The position numbers and the translations under genes are program-made. The notes under the pieces are model-generated. The model saw only the letters and a program-made list of their open reading frames with translations. It did not search any database and was not told where the DNA came from. This document shows, piece after piece, positions 1-9,816 of a stretch of DNA of 64,000 nucleotides (position 1 is its first letter; every line of letters starts with the position of its first letter). The stretch spans positions 135,992 through 199,991 of the forward strand of contig JBAZTA010000003.1 in the NCBI GenBank assembly GCA_041662125.1, in the 5' to 3' direction. This DNA comes from Candidatus Omnitrophota bacterium. Lineage in GTDB: Bacteria; Omnitrophota; Gorgyraeia; Gygaellales; Profunditerraquicolaceae.

Positions 1-1166
1 CGTAGTAATTCCGGCGGAAGCAGCTGGATATTATTGGCCGTAGCGATGACAAAAACTGAAGATGTTTTTTCCTGGAGCCAGGTTAAAAAAGTGCTAAAGA
101 CACGCGCGGAAGTCCCCGCGTCAGAAAATGTTGAACTCTGCACTCCTGAAAGCCCTTTTTCTATTTCATCGATCCACAGGATAATAGGCGCGAGATTCTC
201 AGCCGCCTTAATTGCTTTACGCATGTTTTCTTCTGAAGAGCCGACGATCCCGCTAAAAACCGCGCCAATATCAAGGCGTAAGAGCGGTATTTTCCATAAG
301 CCCGATATGGCTTTTGCGGTCATGCTTTTTCCGCAACCCTGTACTCCGATGAGCATGATTCCTTTGGGCTGGGGTAATCCGAAATTTTGAGCTTTTTGGG
401 AGAAAGCAGCCCCTCGTTTTGACAGCCAATTTTTTAAAGCTTCCAATCCGCCGATATTGGCGAAGTCTTCTTTGAGCTCGTAATACTCAAGTAATTTTGT
501 TTTTCTGATCGCCTGTTTCTTTTCTTCAAGGATATCTTCAATATCCGTTTCATCAAGTTTTTTATCGATGACGATGACGCGGGCAAAAGCATTCTCAGCT
601 TCAGAACGGGTAAGCCCCATCGCGGCTTTGACGAGCCGTTCTTTACTGTCATCATTGAGAGAGATTTGGATCTCCTGATTTTTCGAGATTACTTCAATGA
701 TCCCCGTGAGCAATTCGCTCATCTCGGTATAATCAGGCAGATCATAATCAACCACTACCAGTTCTTTTTCCAGTTCGATGGGTATTGTTAAAACCGGCGA
801 TAAGAAAATCAGTGTTTCATAGGTGTTTTTTAAGTTGTTAACCAGGTCACGCAGTTTTCTGATTATTGTTTGGTCATTTAAAAATGAGTGAAAATCAAGG
901 AATACGAAGATCGCAGGGTCAGGGCATTTCTCAACATAGGAAAGCGCGTTTATTGGGTCGCGTGTCGCTTCATCAGTCTTGGACGGGTCATCCTCAAGTT
1001 TGTATATCCCGCGGGTGACTGACCAGATCATGAGTTTTTTACTGCGGGCTTCAGACATATCTTTGAGTTTCTCAAGGATGCGCGTTTCTTCCCAGCTTAC
1101 TACATAGATCAAGGGATAGCGGGCCCGAATGAGGATATCAATCTCTTTGTCGCATTTGGTATCCAT
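1..1166 (-). CDS. AAA+ family ATPase (COG0464/SpoVK-like), partial; C-terminus runs off the window start
   Basis: The minus-strand reading frame starts with ATG at 1164-1166 (MDTKCDKEIDIL...) and stays open to position 1. The Walker A motif 'GIMLIGVQGCGKSM' and Walker B 'IILWIDEIEK' are visible. An N-terminal domain of about 280 aa precedes the ATPase core. It is missing from the ORF track because no stop codon falls inside the window. Confidence 0.6.
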   Translation of the reverse strand, partial: MDTKCDKEIDILIRARYPLIYVVSWEETRILEKLKDMSEARSKKLMIWSVTRGIYKLEDDPSKTDEATRDPINALSYVEKCPDPAIFVFLDFHSFLNDQTIIRKLRDLVNNLKNTYETLIFLSPVLTIPIELEKELVVVDYDLPDYTEMSELLTGIIEVISKNQEIQISLNDDSKERLVKAAMGLTRSEAENAFARVIVIDKKLDETDIEDILEEKKQAIRKTKLLEYYELKEDFANIGGLEALKNWLSKRGAAFSQKAQNFGLPQPKGIMLIGVQGCGKSMTAKAISGLWKIPLLRLDIGAVFSGIVGSSEENMRKAIKAAENLAPIILWIDEIEKGLSGVQSSTFSDAGTSARVFSTFLTWLQEKTSSVFVIATANNIQLLPPELL

Positions 1167-1429
1167 AACCTTGAGCGCTCCTTTGTTATCTTTTTGTCAT
1201 CCGCAATAATAGTTCTGGCCGGTACTATATTTTGTTGAAACGGCTTTTACGAAACCGCACGTGCCATTGGTTAACGGCATGAAGGTAATAATTCCTGATT
1301 CGTTAATATAAATCTCAATATAGTTTTGAGGTTTTGCATCCGATTGAGTGCCATGCGTGGTACCTTTGTGGCGTGATGCTTTATGTTGAGATTTTCCAGG
1401 CATGTATGTGTTCGTCAACAAAAATAGCG

Positions 1430-2998
1430 TTATTGATTTTTATCTTTGAGAAGCTTGTATTCGACACTGTCCGCCAGCGCTTGCCACGAAGCTTCTATTA
1501 TGTTTTCAGATACACCGATGGTATTCCAGGTGTCTTTTTCGTCTTGTGACTGGATAAGCACGCGTACAGGGGAAGCCGTGCCAGCCTTTTCTTCGAGCAC
1601 TCGGACTTTAAAATCAGAAAGGTGCATTTTGGATAATGCCGGATAAAATTCTTTGAGGGCTTTGCGCAGCGCGTTGTCCAAGGCATTCACCGGGCCGTCT
1701 CCATCTGCGGCGGTATGCGCTTTGATGCCATTGACCGTGACTTTAATGATCGCTTCTGAGGTGATTTTTTTGTCGGATGTTTTCTCAACGACGACACGGA
1801 AGCCTTCTAAAGAAAAGAATTTCTTATATTTCTTGAGAGCCCGTTTCATGAGCAATTCAAATGAAGCTTCGGCAGCTTCAAAATGATAGCCCTGATGTTC
1901 AAGTTTTTGCATCAGATTTAAAATCTTTTTTGTCTTGGGGTCTTCTTTATTTAAGTTTAAGGAAAGGTCTTTTGCGCGCAGTAAAACGCCTGTTTTTCCT
2001 CCTAATTCTGAGATCAATATCCTGCGGTGGTTTCCGACAAGGACGGGGTCAATATGTTCATATGCTTTCTGATTTTTCATAACAGCGTTTATGTGCATGC
2101 CGCCTTTATGCGCGAACGCCGAAAGCCCTGCATACGGCTGGTCATTTTTCTGTCTCATATTGCTGATTTCACTGACAAAATGTGAAACGGCAGTCAAGTC
2201 TTTGATTTTCTCGTTAGCTATACAATCAAAGCCCATTTTGAGCTTGAGGTTTGCGATGACCGGGATCAAATCGGCATTGCCGCAGCGTTCTCCATACCCA
2301 TTGATGGTGCCTTGCACCATTGAGGCGCCTGCTTCTACCGCGCAGAGCGAATTTGCGATTGCTACCCCGGCATCATTATGGCAATGAATACCGATAGGGA
2401 CTTTGATCTTTGGGCGTAACTGTTGAATAGTTTTAAAGATTTCCGTTGGAAGTGTGCCTCCGTTGGTATCGCATAAAACTATCGCTTGAGCACCCGCCTT
2501 CTGGGCGCAGGCAAGGCATTGCAACGTATATTCTTTATTTGCCTGATACGCGTTAAAAAAATGTTCCGCGTCATAAAAAACAATCAGTCCTTTTGAAGTA
2601 AGAAAACGGATAGTGTCGCGGATCATTTCCAGGTTTTCAGCTAAGGTGGTCTTTAATACATCGGTCACGTGCAGATCCCAGGTTTTTCCAACTATCGTGA
2701 TTATCTTTACCTGAGATTTAATGAGGTCATTTAAATTACTGTCTTCTGCGGCTTTGGTGTGCGGCCTGCGCGTCATGCTGAAAGCCACCAGGCGGGAATT
2801 CTGCAATGGCTTTTTAGCCATTTGCAGGAAAAACTCCATATCTTTCGGATTTGAGCCCGGCCAGCCTCCTTCAATATACGGGATTCCCAGCAAATCTAAT
2901 TCCTGGGCAATACGTATTTTATCCCTGACCGAATAGGAAATCCCCTCTCCTTGGGAACCATCTCGTAATGTGGTATCATAAATTTCTATTCTGCGCAT
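1430..2998 (-). CDS. cimA: (R)-citramalate synthase / 2-isopropylmalate synthase family (CimA-like)
   Basis: 522 aa. The N-terminus 'IYDTTLRDGSQGEGISYSV...IEGGWPGSNPKD' is the HMGL-like pyruvate carboxyltransferase fold. From memory, this N-terminal signature is typical of CimA. A C-terminal LeuA-dimerisation-like region is present. The gene sits in an aspartate/threonine operon. Confidence 0.65.
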   Translation of the reverse strand: MRRIEIYDTTLRDGSQGEGISYSVRDKIRIAQELDLLGIPYIEGGWPGSNPKDMEFFLQMAKKPLQNSRLVAFSMTRRPHTKAAEDSNLNDLIKSQVKIITIVGKTWDLHVTDVLKTTLAENLEMIRDTIRFLTSKGLIVFYDAEHFFNAYQANKEYTLQCLACAQKAGAQAIVLCDTNGGTLPTEIFKTIQQLRPKIKVPIGIHCHNDAGVAIANSLCAVEAGASMVQGTINGYGERCGNADLIPVIANLKLKMGFDCIANEKIKDLTAVSHFVSEISNMRQKNDQPYAGLSAFAHKGGMHINAVMKNQKAYEHIDPVLVGNHRRILISELGGKTGVLLRAKDLSLNLNKEDPKTKKILNLMQKLEHQGYHFEAAEASFELLMKRALKKYKKFFSLEGFRVVVEKTSDKKITSEAIIKVTVNGIKAHTAADGDGPVNALDNALRKALKEFYPALSKMHLSDFKVRVLEEKAGTASPVRVLIQSQDEKDTWNTIGVSENIIEASWQALADSVEYKLLKDKNQ

Positions 2999-3026
2999 TT
3001 ATTGCCTCCAGAGAGGTGGTATCAGT

Positions 3027-4250
3027 CTACCTTTTTTTGTCCAATCCGAATTCTTTATGCAATGCTTTTACCGCGGCTTCTGAGAATTTCTTTTTTATGA
3101 TGCAAGAAATGCTTATTTCCGAGGTAGATATCATTTCGATATTGATCTTATTGTCTGCCAGGGTTTCGAACATTTTAGCGGCAACACCTGAATGAGTTTT
3201 CATGCCGACTCCCACGATGGAAATACGGGAGATATCGTCATCCTGCATGACTTCAAGGTCACCTATGTCCTGGGCAGCTTTTTTTGCAAGCTTAATTGCT
3301 TTCAGGGCGTCACTTTTTAAAACGGTAAAAGATATATCGGTGATGCGTGTGTGCGAGACGTTTTGGACTATCATGTCGACATTGACTCCCCCGAGTGACA
3401 ATTCTTTGAATATTTTAGCCGCGATCCCCGGTTTATCAGGCACATTACAAATGGTGATCTTAGACTCGCTCTTGTTAAGGGTCACTCCGGTGACTAATAC
3501 ATCTTCCATGTGTTTTACCTCCTTAATGATCATGGTGCCTGGCTTTTGTGAAAAAGATGAGCGCACATGTATCGGGACATCAAATTTTTTTGCGACTTCT
3601 ATTGAACGTGCCTGCATAACTTGCGCCCCTAAGGAAGCCATTTCCAGCATTTCATCGTAGGTTATCTCCTTGATTTTCTGGGCTAAAGGTTCTATGCGGG
3701 GATCGGTTGTGTATACGCCTTCAACGTCAGTGTAAATTTCGCATTCGTCAGCGTTTAAGGTTTTTGCCAGGGCTACCGCGGTCAGGTCTGATCCCCCCCG
3801 GCCTAAGGTCGTGATATCCTGGTTGGGTGTCATACCCTGAAAACCGGCAACTATGACTATGTTGCCGTTTTTTAACTCATCACGGAGTTTATCAGCGCTT
3901 ATATTGACTATGCGGGCTTTTGTATGCGTTGTATCGGTAATAATGCCGACTTGCGAACCGGTCAATGAAATAGCTTTGCATCCTAATTCGTGGATCGCCA
4001 TGGCCAGGAGAGCAACTGATATTTGTTCTCCGGTAGAAAGCAACATATCCATTTCCCGTTCGTGAGGGGTAAGGGATATTTTATGTGCCAATTCGATTAA
4101 TTCATCGGTCGTATCTCCCAAAGCTGAAACTACCACGACTAAATCATAGCCTTTTTTCTTGTATTCACAGATTCGTTTGGCGACATTTTTTATTTTCTCC
4201 GGGTTAGCTACGGAAGAGCCGCCGTATTTCTGAACAATAAGCCTACTCAT
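3027..4250 (-). CDS. lysC: aspartate kinase
   Basis: 407 aa. 'LIVQKYGGSSVANPEKIKNVAKRI' is the amino-acid kinase N-terminus. C-terminal ACT domains are present. Confidence 0.9.
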   Translation of the reverse strand: MSRLIVQKYGGSSVANPEKIKNVAKRICEYKKKGYDLVVVVSALGDTTDELIELAHKISLTPHEREMDMLLSTGEQISVALLAMAIHELGCKAISLTGSQVGIITDTTHTKARIVNISADKLRDELKNGNIVIVAGFQGMTPNQDITTLGRGGSDLTAVALAKTLNADECEIYTDVEGVYTTDPRIEPLAQKIKEITYDEMLEMASLGAQVMQARSIEVAKKFDVPIHVRSSFSQKPGTMIIKEVKHMEDVLVTGVTLNKSESKITICNVPDKPGIAAKIFKELSLGGVNVDMIVQNVSHTRITDISFTVLKSDALKAIKLAKKAAQDIGDLEVMQDDDISRISIVGVGMKTHSGVAAKMFETLADNKINIEMISTSEISISCIIKKKFSEAAVKALHKEFGLDKKR

Positions 4251-4641
4251 GATGATCTCCGCATACCGATGGTTTTAACTTTTTATGCTTGGTGAAAGCG
4301 ACTCCAACGACAAACTCTTCTTTATCGTGTATCTTTAAGCAATACACTACTCTTCCCCATACTTTTCCTGCATCTTCATACGTGGTAAAAGGGAATTTAA
4401 TTAATAAGTGTAAAATCTCATTTTCTGCAAATAAGCGTCCGCTAAAAAAAGAAAGGCCTCCCGGATTGATATTATCTACCATGAATTCGGTAGTAACCGA
4501 GCAGTTTTCCGGTTCTGCTATCCGGCAACAAAGTTTTTTCTCAGGCACTTTTACGCGTCCCCATCTTCTTTTATCTTCCATCTTCACCATCCTTCTTATG
4601 TAAGAAGTATTGATTTGGTTAACTACGATTTTCCGTGCCAA
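4243..4641 (-). CDS. PilZ domain protein (putative c-di-GMP receptor)
   Basis: 132 aa with the two PilZ motifs: 'KRRWGRVKV' (RxxxR) and 'VDNINPGGLSFFS' (D/NxSxGG). Its stop overlaps the lysC start by 8 nt. Confidence 0.65.
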   Translation of the reverse strand: MARKIVVNQINTSYIRRMVKMEDKRRWGRVKVPEKKLCCRIAEPENCSVTTEFMVDNINPGGLSFFSGRLFAENEILHLLIKFPFTTYEDAGKVWGRVVYCLKIHDKEEFVVGVAFTKHKKLKPSVCGDHHE

Positions 4642-5827
4642 GAAAGAAATTCATGATTTCATGGCCTTTCTCAAAGAAGAGGCTGCTTTTTTCCGCTTCC
4701 TTCTCTGAATATGCAGGGCATCCTTCTCCCACAATATCTTTCCCGAAGATCACAAATGGCACCGGGTCATTGGTATGGGTCCGTAATGATACCGGTGTCG
4801 GGTGGTCGGGGAGAACAATAAGCCTGAATTTTTCCTTGTTTTTAAATCCATCAAGGATCGTACCGACAATGAACTGGTCAAAACGTTCAATAGCGGTTAT
4901 CTTTTCCCTTAAATCCCCGTTATGGCCGGCTTCGTCAGGAGCCTCAACGTGCACAAAAACAAAATCCTTTTCTTTAAGGCAGCGCAGCGCGGCTTTTGCT
5001 TTTCCTTTGTAATTGGTATCGTAGTAGCCGGTCGCGCCGGGGACATCAATAACATCAAGGCCCAGTATCCGTCCGAGCCCTTTGATCAAGTCAACAGCTG
5101 ATATCACACTTCCGTTTACGCCGAACTTATCAATGAATTTAGGCATCGCTGGTTTTTTGCCTTGCCCCCAGAGCCAGATCATATTCGCGGGATTTTCTTT
5201 TAAGTCAAGACGGACCTGGTTAATTTCATGAGCTTCAAGCAGTTTTTGGGAATCGCGCATCAATTTTATCAGCAGCGCGGCATTTTCACCTTTTGGAAGA
5301 TGTTCAGAGATAGGTTGCCCCAGAATATCGTGGGGTGCTTTGCAAGTGATTTTATCCAAGTGTTCACGCGCCCCGTTTTTTACTACGAGTAAGTTGCGGT
5401 AGCTGATTCCCGGGTAAAACTGCAGCTGTTGGTTCCCCAGGGTTTTGTTTATATACTCTACAAGTTTTGTCCCTTCTTTTGAGCTTATATGCCCGGCGCT
5501 GTAATCAGTCAGCGTATCACCGCAAGCCGTGATCAAGTTAAACCGGAACGCAACATCGTTTTCATTAAGTTCAACGCCTAAATTTGCTGCTTCGAGCGGG
5601 CCCCTGCCGGTATAAAACAATTTCGGATCGTAACCTAAAATGGAAATATTGGCAACATCAGATGCCGGGCTCATTTTATCAGGTATTGTTTTTACCCTCC
5701 CGACCCTGCCGTTACGGGCAAGATAATCCAGGTGCGGGGTCCGCGCAGCCTCCAAAGGAGTTCGATCGTTTAACTCAACGATCGGATAATCAGCCATACC
5801 ATCAGCTACCAGCACAATATACTTCAT
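4619..5827 (-). CDS. apgM: 2,3-bisphosphoglycerate-independent phosphoglycerate mutase, archaeal-type (ApgM family)
   Basis: 402 aa. 'MKYIVLVADGMADYP...' matches the ApgM/metalloenzyme family N-terminus. Confidence 0.8.
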   Translation of the reverse strand: MKYIVLVADGMADYPIVELNDRTPLEAARTPHLDYLARNGRVGRVKTIPDKMSPASDVANISILGYDPKLFYTGRGPLEAANLGVELNENDVAFRFNLITACGDTLTDYSAGHISSKEGTKLVEYINKTLGNQQLQFYPGISYRNLLVVKNGAREHLDKITCKAPHDILGQPISEHLPKGENAALLIKLMRDSQKLLEAHEINQVRLDLKENPANMIWLWGQGKKPAMPKFIDKFGVNGSVISAVDLIKGLGRILGLDVIDVPGATGYYDTNYKGKAKAALRCLKEKDFVFVHVEAPDEAGHNGDLREKITAIERFDQFIVGTILDGFKNKEKFRLIVLPDHPTPVSLRTHTNDPVPFVIFGKDIVGEGCPAYSEKEAEKSSLFFEKGHEIMNFFLGTENRS

Positions 5828-5853
5828 ATTTTTATGCGTTCTCCTGATTTAAA

Positions 5854-6489
5854 TCAATGTAAAACACGCAGTAATGTGTTAACGATGCCATTTTTGTTTT
5901 TAGCTTCCCAAGCCTTGTCTTGAGTAAGAATAACAGCACGATACGGATTAAAACTGTTTGCAACCACTATTTCCGCACCCGCTGCTTGTAAAGCTTTTCG
6001 CGCCCTGCCCAGCAATGTTTTCTTAGAAACATTAATTTCTAATTTGAAGATGACCAATTTTGCCTGCCCGCATAATTTTTTGATATCACTGACAATTTTC
6101 GGCAATGCAGTTAATCGTAAGGTCAAATTCTTATGAGATGGAAGTTTGCCTTTATGTCCGTGCAGCGGTTTAAAATCAGATACTGCTGCCGAATGAATTA
6201 TACTATCGAACTTCCTTTCCTTAAGCTCGCGTATGATTTTATTCCGTAATTCATCAAAGTAACGGAAATGTATTACGGTGATAGAATTGTTAAGAGAAGT
6301 GGCTGCGACCGGCCCTAAAAAAAGAGTAACTTTTGCGCCTAATTTCTGCATTTTTTCTGCCAGCTTGATCCCTGTTTCTCCTGATGCTATGTTACTTATG
6401 ACCCGTACACTGTCAAGAGCAACCCACGTTGGCCCGGCAGTAATGAGGATCTTTTTGCCTTTCAACTTTTGGCTTCTGGCTTCTGGCAT
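5854..6489 (-). CDS. coaB: phosphopantothenate--cysteine ligase (CoaB domain only, no fused CoaC)
   Basis: 211 aa. 'KKILITAGPTWVALDSVRVISNIASGETG' is the DFP/CoaB Rossmann motif. The protein is too short to include the flavoprotein CoaC half. Confidence 0.7.
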   Translation of the reverse strand: MPEARSQKLKGKKILITAGPTWVALDSVRVISNIASGETGIKLAEKMQKLGAKVTLFLGPVAATSLNNSITVIHFRYFDELRNKIIRELKERKFDSIIHSAAVSDFKPLHGHKGKLPSHKNLTLRLTALPKIVSDIKKLCGQAKLVIFKLEINVSKKTLLGRARKALQAAGAEIVVANSFNPYRAVILTQDKAWEAKNKNGIVNTLLRVLH

Positions 6490-6499
6490 GTGACTTTTT

Positions 6500-7573
6500 T
6501 TAGTAACCGATTTCTTTTAAGATCGCTTTAACGTTTACTTTAACGGTTTTTGGTTCTTTTACAGTTTTTATTGCCCTGTCAGGGTCTTTTAATCCGTGCC
6601 CGGTTAGAATGCAGACGATTTTTCTTTTGTCCGGAGCAGAGGACTGTTTTTTGAAATAGCCTTGTTTCTTCAATTTCAATAGTCCGGCAATTGAGGCAGC
6701 AGAAGCAGGTTCTGCAAATACCCCTTCTTTGTTTGCCAGGAGCTTATAGGCAGAGAGGATCTCTGCATCGGTTACCATATCGATCAATCCTCCTGATTCA
6801 TCGCGCGCCGCTTCTGCTTGTTTCCAGCTGGCAGGATTGCCGATACGGATTGCTGTAGCGATTGTTTCAGGATTTTTAATAGGGCGTTTTTTGACGATCG
6901 GCGCAGATCCCGCTGCCTGGAAGCCGAGCATTTTAGGCAACAGAGTGCTTTTACCTTTTGCTTTAAATTCCTGATAGCCTTTCCAATACGCGGTAATATT
7001 ACCGGCATTGCCAACTGGCATGACCTGGAAATCAGGAGCAACACCTAAGGCCTCACAGATCTCAAAACTTGCGGTTTTTTGGCCTTCAATCCGGTATGGG
7101 TTAAGGGAATTGACCAGCGTTAAAGGATACGTATCTGAGATCTCGCGGACAAGAGCTAACGCGTCGTCAAAATTGCCGTCAACAGCTAATACCGTTGCCC
7201 CGTGGATCAACGCTTGGCTGAGCTTACCTAAGGCAATTGCTCCCCGGGGAATGAGCACGATGCATTTTAATCCTGCGCGCGCGGCATACGCCGCCGCTGA
7301 CGCGGAGGTATTGCCGGTTGAAGCGCAAATAACAGCTTTTGAGCCTGCTTCAGAAGCTTTTGAGATCGCCATGGTCATCCCCCTGTCTTTAAAAGAACCG
7401 GTAGGATTTAATCCTTCATATTTTAAGTAAACCCTAAACCCTTCTCCCACCAGATCGCTTAAATAATTCGCAGGTATCAAAGGGGTATTTCCTTCAAGCA
7501 AGGTAATAATAGGTGTTTTCTTGCTTACGGGCAGAAAGTTTTTGTATTTTTCTATCAGTCCGTTATAACTCAA
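6500..7573 (-). CDS. thrC: threonine synthase
   Basis: 357 aa. The PLP-lysine motif '[12 protein letters not shown]' and short-form ThrC architecture are present. Confidence 0.9.
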   Translation of the reverse strand: MSYNGLIEKYKNFLPVSKKTPIITLLEGNTPLIPANYLSDLVGEGFRVYLKYEGLNPTGSFKDRGMTMAISKASEAGSKAVICASTGNTSASAAAYAARAGLKCIVLIPRGAIALGKLSQALIHGATVLAVDGNFDDALALVREISDTYPLTLVNSLNPYRIEGQKTASFEICEALGVAPDFQVMPVGNAGNITAYWKGYQEFKAKGKSTLLPKMLGFQAAGSAPIVKKRPIKNPETIATAIRIGNPASWKQAEAARDESGGLIDMVTDAEILSAYKLLANKEGVFAEPASAASIAGLLKLKKQGYFKKQSSAPDKRKIVCILTGHGLKDPDRAIKTVKEPKTVKVNVKAILKEIGY

Positions 7574-8865
7574 ACTTCCTCCATGCGAATTGCTACTGAT
7601 TTTTGTTTGATGATATCCAATCGATCTATAATTTCCAGTGCACGGCGCAGGTTTTTTTCTTTCGCGTCATGGACAATCATGACTATCGGTACGTTTTGTG
7701 CCTTTTGTTTTTCTTTTTGAGTAACTGAAGCGATACTGATCCCATATCTGGCAAGTATGCCGGAAATCTTAGCTAAAACCCCAGGTTCATCTATTGCCAT
7801 AAAACGGATATAATAACGGCTCTCAGTCTCATCAATTTTACATAATTTCTTTATTGAAGTATCAATGGTGGTATGCAAGATCGGCCTGAATAATCCGGCT
7901 TTAATATCCTGTGTCAGATCTACCAGATCAGAAACTACGGCGGATGCCGCGGATAACTGTCCGGCTCCCGGCCCGTAAAATAATAAGTTGCCCGCTAGAT
8001 CAGACGATACGTAAATTGCGTTAAATACCCCTCCCACTGATGCTAAGAGGTGGCTTTGTGGTATTAATGTCGGATGAACACGTACTTCAAGGCCACCGGC
8101 TTCTTTTTTGGCAATCGCCAGCAGTTTGATCTCGAACCCGAGTTCTTTGGCGTAATTAATATCAGCTAAAGATATACGCGTTATTCCTTCTACGAAACAA
8201 TCATTGAGGTTTATCAGTTTTCCAAAACACAGGTACGTTAAAAGAAGTAATTTATGCGCTGAGTCAATTCCTTCCAGGTCAAGGGTGGGGTCTTTTTCAG
8301 CAAATCCGCGTTTTTTGGCTTCAAGTAAAGCGTCGTTAAATGAACAGTTATCGCGGGACATTTTTGACAAAATGAAATTTGAAGTGCCGTTCACAATCCC
8401 GAATATGCTGTTAAAATTATTGGCGACCAATCCTTCGCGGAGTGCTTTGATAATGGGTATACCAGCGCCAACCGAAGCCTCAAAATAAATGGTTTTCCCG
8501 CAATCAGCGGCAAAAGCGAATAATTCTCTTCCTTCCTGGGATAATAAGGCCTTATTGGCGGTGACGACATTTTTGCCTTTTTTGAGCGCTTCCATAATGA
8601 ATTCTTTTGCTGGATGCAGGCCTCCGATAAGTTCAACAACGATATCAATTTGAGAATCATTCAGGATATCGTGAGGGTCGCGGCTTAAAAGGGCTTTGTC
8701 AACTGTTACGTTTCGTTTCGAAGTAATATCTTTATCGCATATTTTCTTTATATTGATCTCAAGGCCGATCTTATCGAAAAGCAATTTCTTCTTTTCCGCT
8801 AAGATTTTAACAACACCTGCTCCTACGTTTCCAAACCCGATTAACCCTATATTTATTTTCTTCAT
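7570..8865 (-). CDS. hom: homoserine dehydrogenase
   Basis: 431 aa. The NAD-binding N-terminus '[13 protein letters not shown]' and a C-terminal ACT domain are present. It overlaps thrC by 4 nt. Confidence 0.9.
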   Translation of the reverse strand: MKKINIGLIGFGNVGAGVVKILAEKKKLLFDKIGLEINIKKICDKDITSKRNVTVDKALLSRDPHDILNDSQIDIVVELIGGLHPAKEFIMEALKKGKNVVTANKALLSQEGRELFAFAADCGKTIYFEASVGAGIPIIKALREGLVANNFNSIFGIVNGTSNFILSKMSRDNCSFNDALLEAKKRGFAEKDPTLDLEGIDSAHKLLLLTYLCFGKLINLNDCFVEGITRISLADINYAKELGFEIKLLAIAKKEAGGLEVRVHPTLIPQSHLLASVGGVFNAIYVSSDLAGNLLFYGPGAGQLSAASAVVSDLVDLTQDIKAGLFRPILHTTIDTSIKKLCKIDETESRYYIRFMAIDEPGVLAKISGILARYGISIASVTQKEKQKAQNVPIVMIVHDAKEKNLRRALEIIDRLDIIKQKSVAIRMEEV

Positions 8866-8910
8866 AAGCGCCTCTGTTTATTGTATGGGGAATTCATTTT
8901 TGCAGATAAC

Positions 8911-9264
8911 TTATTTCTTTTTAAGATAATAATCAACTGTTTGCGTAATAACTTTTTTATGTTTTTCATCGATAGAAAGGAATACCAGCCGAGTATCATA
9001 TATTAAATCTTTCGTGACTTCATGCGATTGTATCACTTTGCCGATGATTTTAATTGGATTGACATCAAACGGTAGCCGGATCTCAAGGGAGAGGATGGTA
9101 TCAGGCTTAAAGAAACGGTTTGTGGTCAATAACATACCCCCTAAACTCACATTCTTTGTCTGGGATATATCAAGGCAATCATTGTCATCTTGAATGCGAT
9201 AGGAGACGATAAAACGTCCACTGACACGTGGGTCATTGCGCCTGTCCGGTCCGGCATAGCTCAT
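8911..9264 (-). CDS. PilZ domain protein
   Basis: 117 aa. 'PDRRNDPRV' (RxxxR) and 'QTKNVSLGGMLL' (NxSxGG) are the PilZ motifs. Confidence 0.65.
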   Translation of the reverse strand: MSYAGPDRRNDPRVSGRFIVSYRIQDDNDCLDISQTKNVSLGGMLLTTNRFFKPDTILSLEIRLPFDVNPIKIIGKVIQSHEVTKDLIYDTRLVFLSIDEKHKKVITQTVDYYLKKK

Positions 9265-9283
9265 AACATACCCTCCCTCTTAC

Positions 9284-9607
9284 TTATTTATTAGCAAATA
9301 AGGTGATGTAATCCTTAATGGTTTTTCTTTGTTGTTCGTTTAAATCAATAAATTGCACTCTGGTTATGAATTTCTTTGATTCTATGACCTTAGAATTTAT
9401 TTCCAGGGGCACAGGTGAGACATACGCAAGTTTTAAACGCAGCGTAAGAATGGTGTCTTTAATAAATATGTAATCGGAGTTAATGCAAATTCCCGATTCA
9501 CTGATATCCCGAATGGAAACCATGTCCCAAATATTTCTTTCCTGATTAAAACACTGCACATACAAAGTTTTTTTTACTCGGATATCTTTTCTGCGTTCGT
9601 TTTCCAT
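9284..9607 (-). CDS. PilZ domain protein (start trimmed to the internal Met because the longer ORF overlaps tRNA-Pro)
   Basis: The ORF-track frame 9284..9772 begins with 'GFKRSQVQVLSP', which is a classic tRNA read-through translation. The true start is probably 'MENERRKDIRV' (ATG at 9605-9607). Motifs 'RRKDIR' and 'RDISESGICI' are PilZ motifs. Confidence 0.55.
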   Translation of the reverse strand: MENERRKDIRVKKTLYVQCFNQERNIWDMVSIRDISESGICINSDYIFIKDTILTLRLKLAYVSPVPLEINSKVIESKKFITRVQFIDLNEQQRKTIKDYITLFANK

Positions 9608-9730
9608 GGGTTCGTTAGTTTTTGCTTTGTTACCTGTGATCCCTTGACTAAGCACCTCAAAATTCTCTACGATAATTTTGAGGTAGTCTGCGGGATTATT
9701 TCCTTCTGGCTTGCGCCAGAAGGAAATAAA

Positions 9731-9805
9731 TCGGGGCGACAGGACTTGAACCTGTGACCTCTTGAACCCCATTCAAGCGCTCTAGCCAAACTGAGCCACG
9801 CCCCG
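9731..9805 (-). tRNA. tRNA-Pro (anticodon GGG)
   Basis: Manual cloverleaf fold: acceptor CGGGGCG/CGCCCCG with the bacterial-Pro C1:G72 pair, D-stem GCTC/GAGC, anticodon stem CTTGA/TCAAG, loop ATGGGGT giving anticodon GGG, T-arm ACAGG-TTCAAGT-CCTGT. 75 nt, no encoded CCA. Confidence 0.85.
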
Positions 9806-9816
9806 TTACAAATCAG

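Noticed and set aside
34-390. 118-aa plus-strand ORF
   Set aside because: It lies antisense inside the minus-strand AAA+ ATPase frame, which carries clear Walker motifs. It has no domain features.
9608-9772. N-terminal 55 aa of ORF 9284..9772 ('MGFKRSQVQVLSP...')
   Set aside because: It reads through tRNA-Pro. The CDS was trimmed to the internal Met at 9607.
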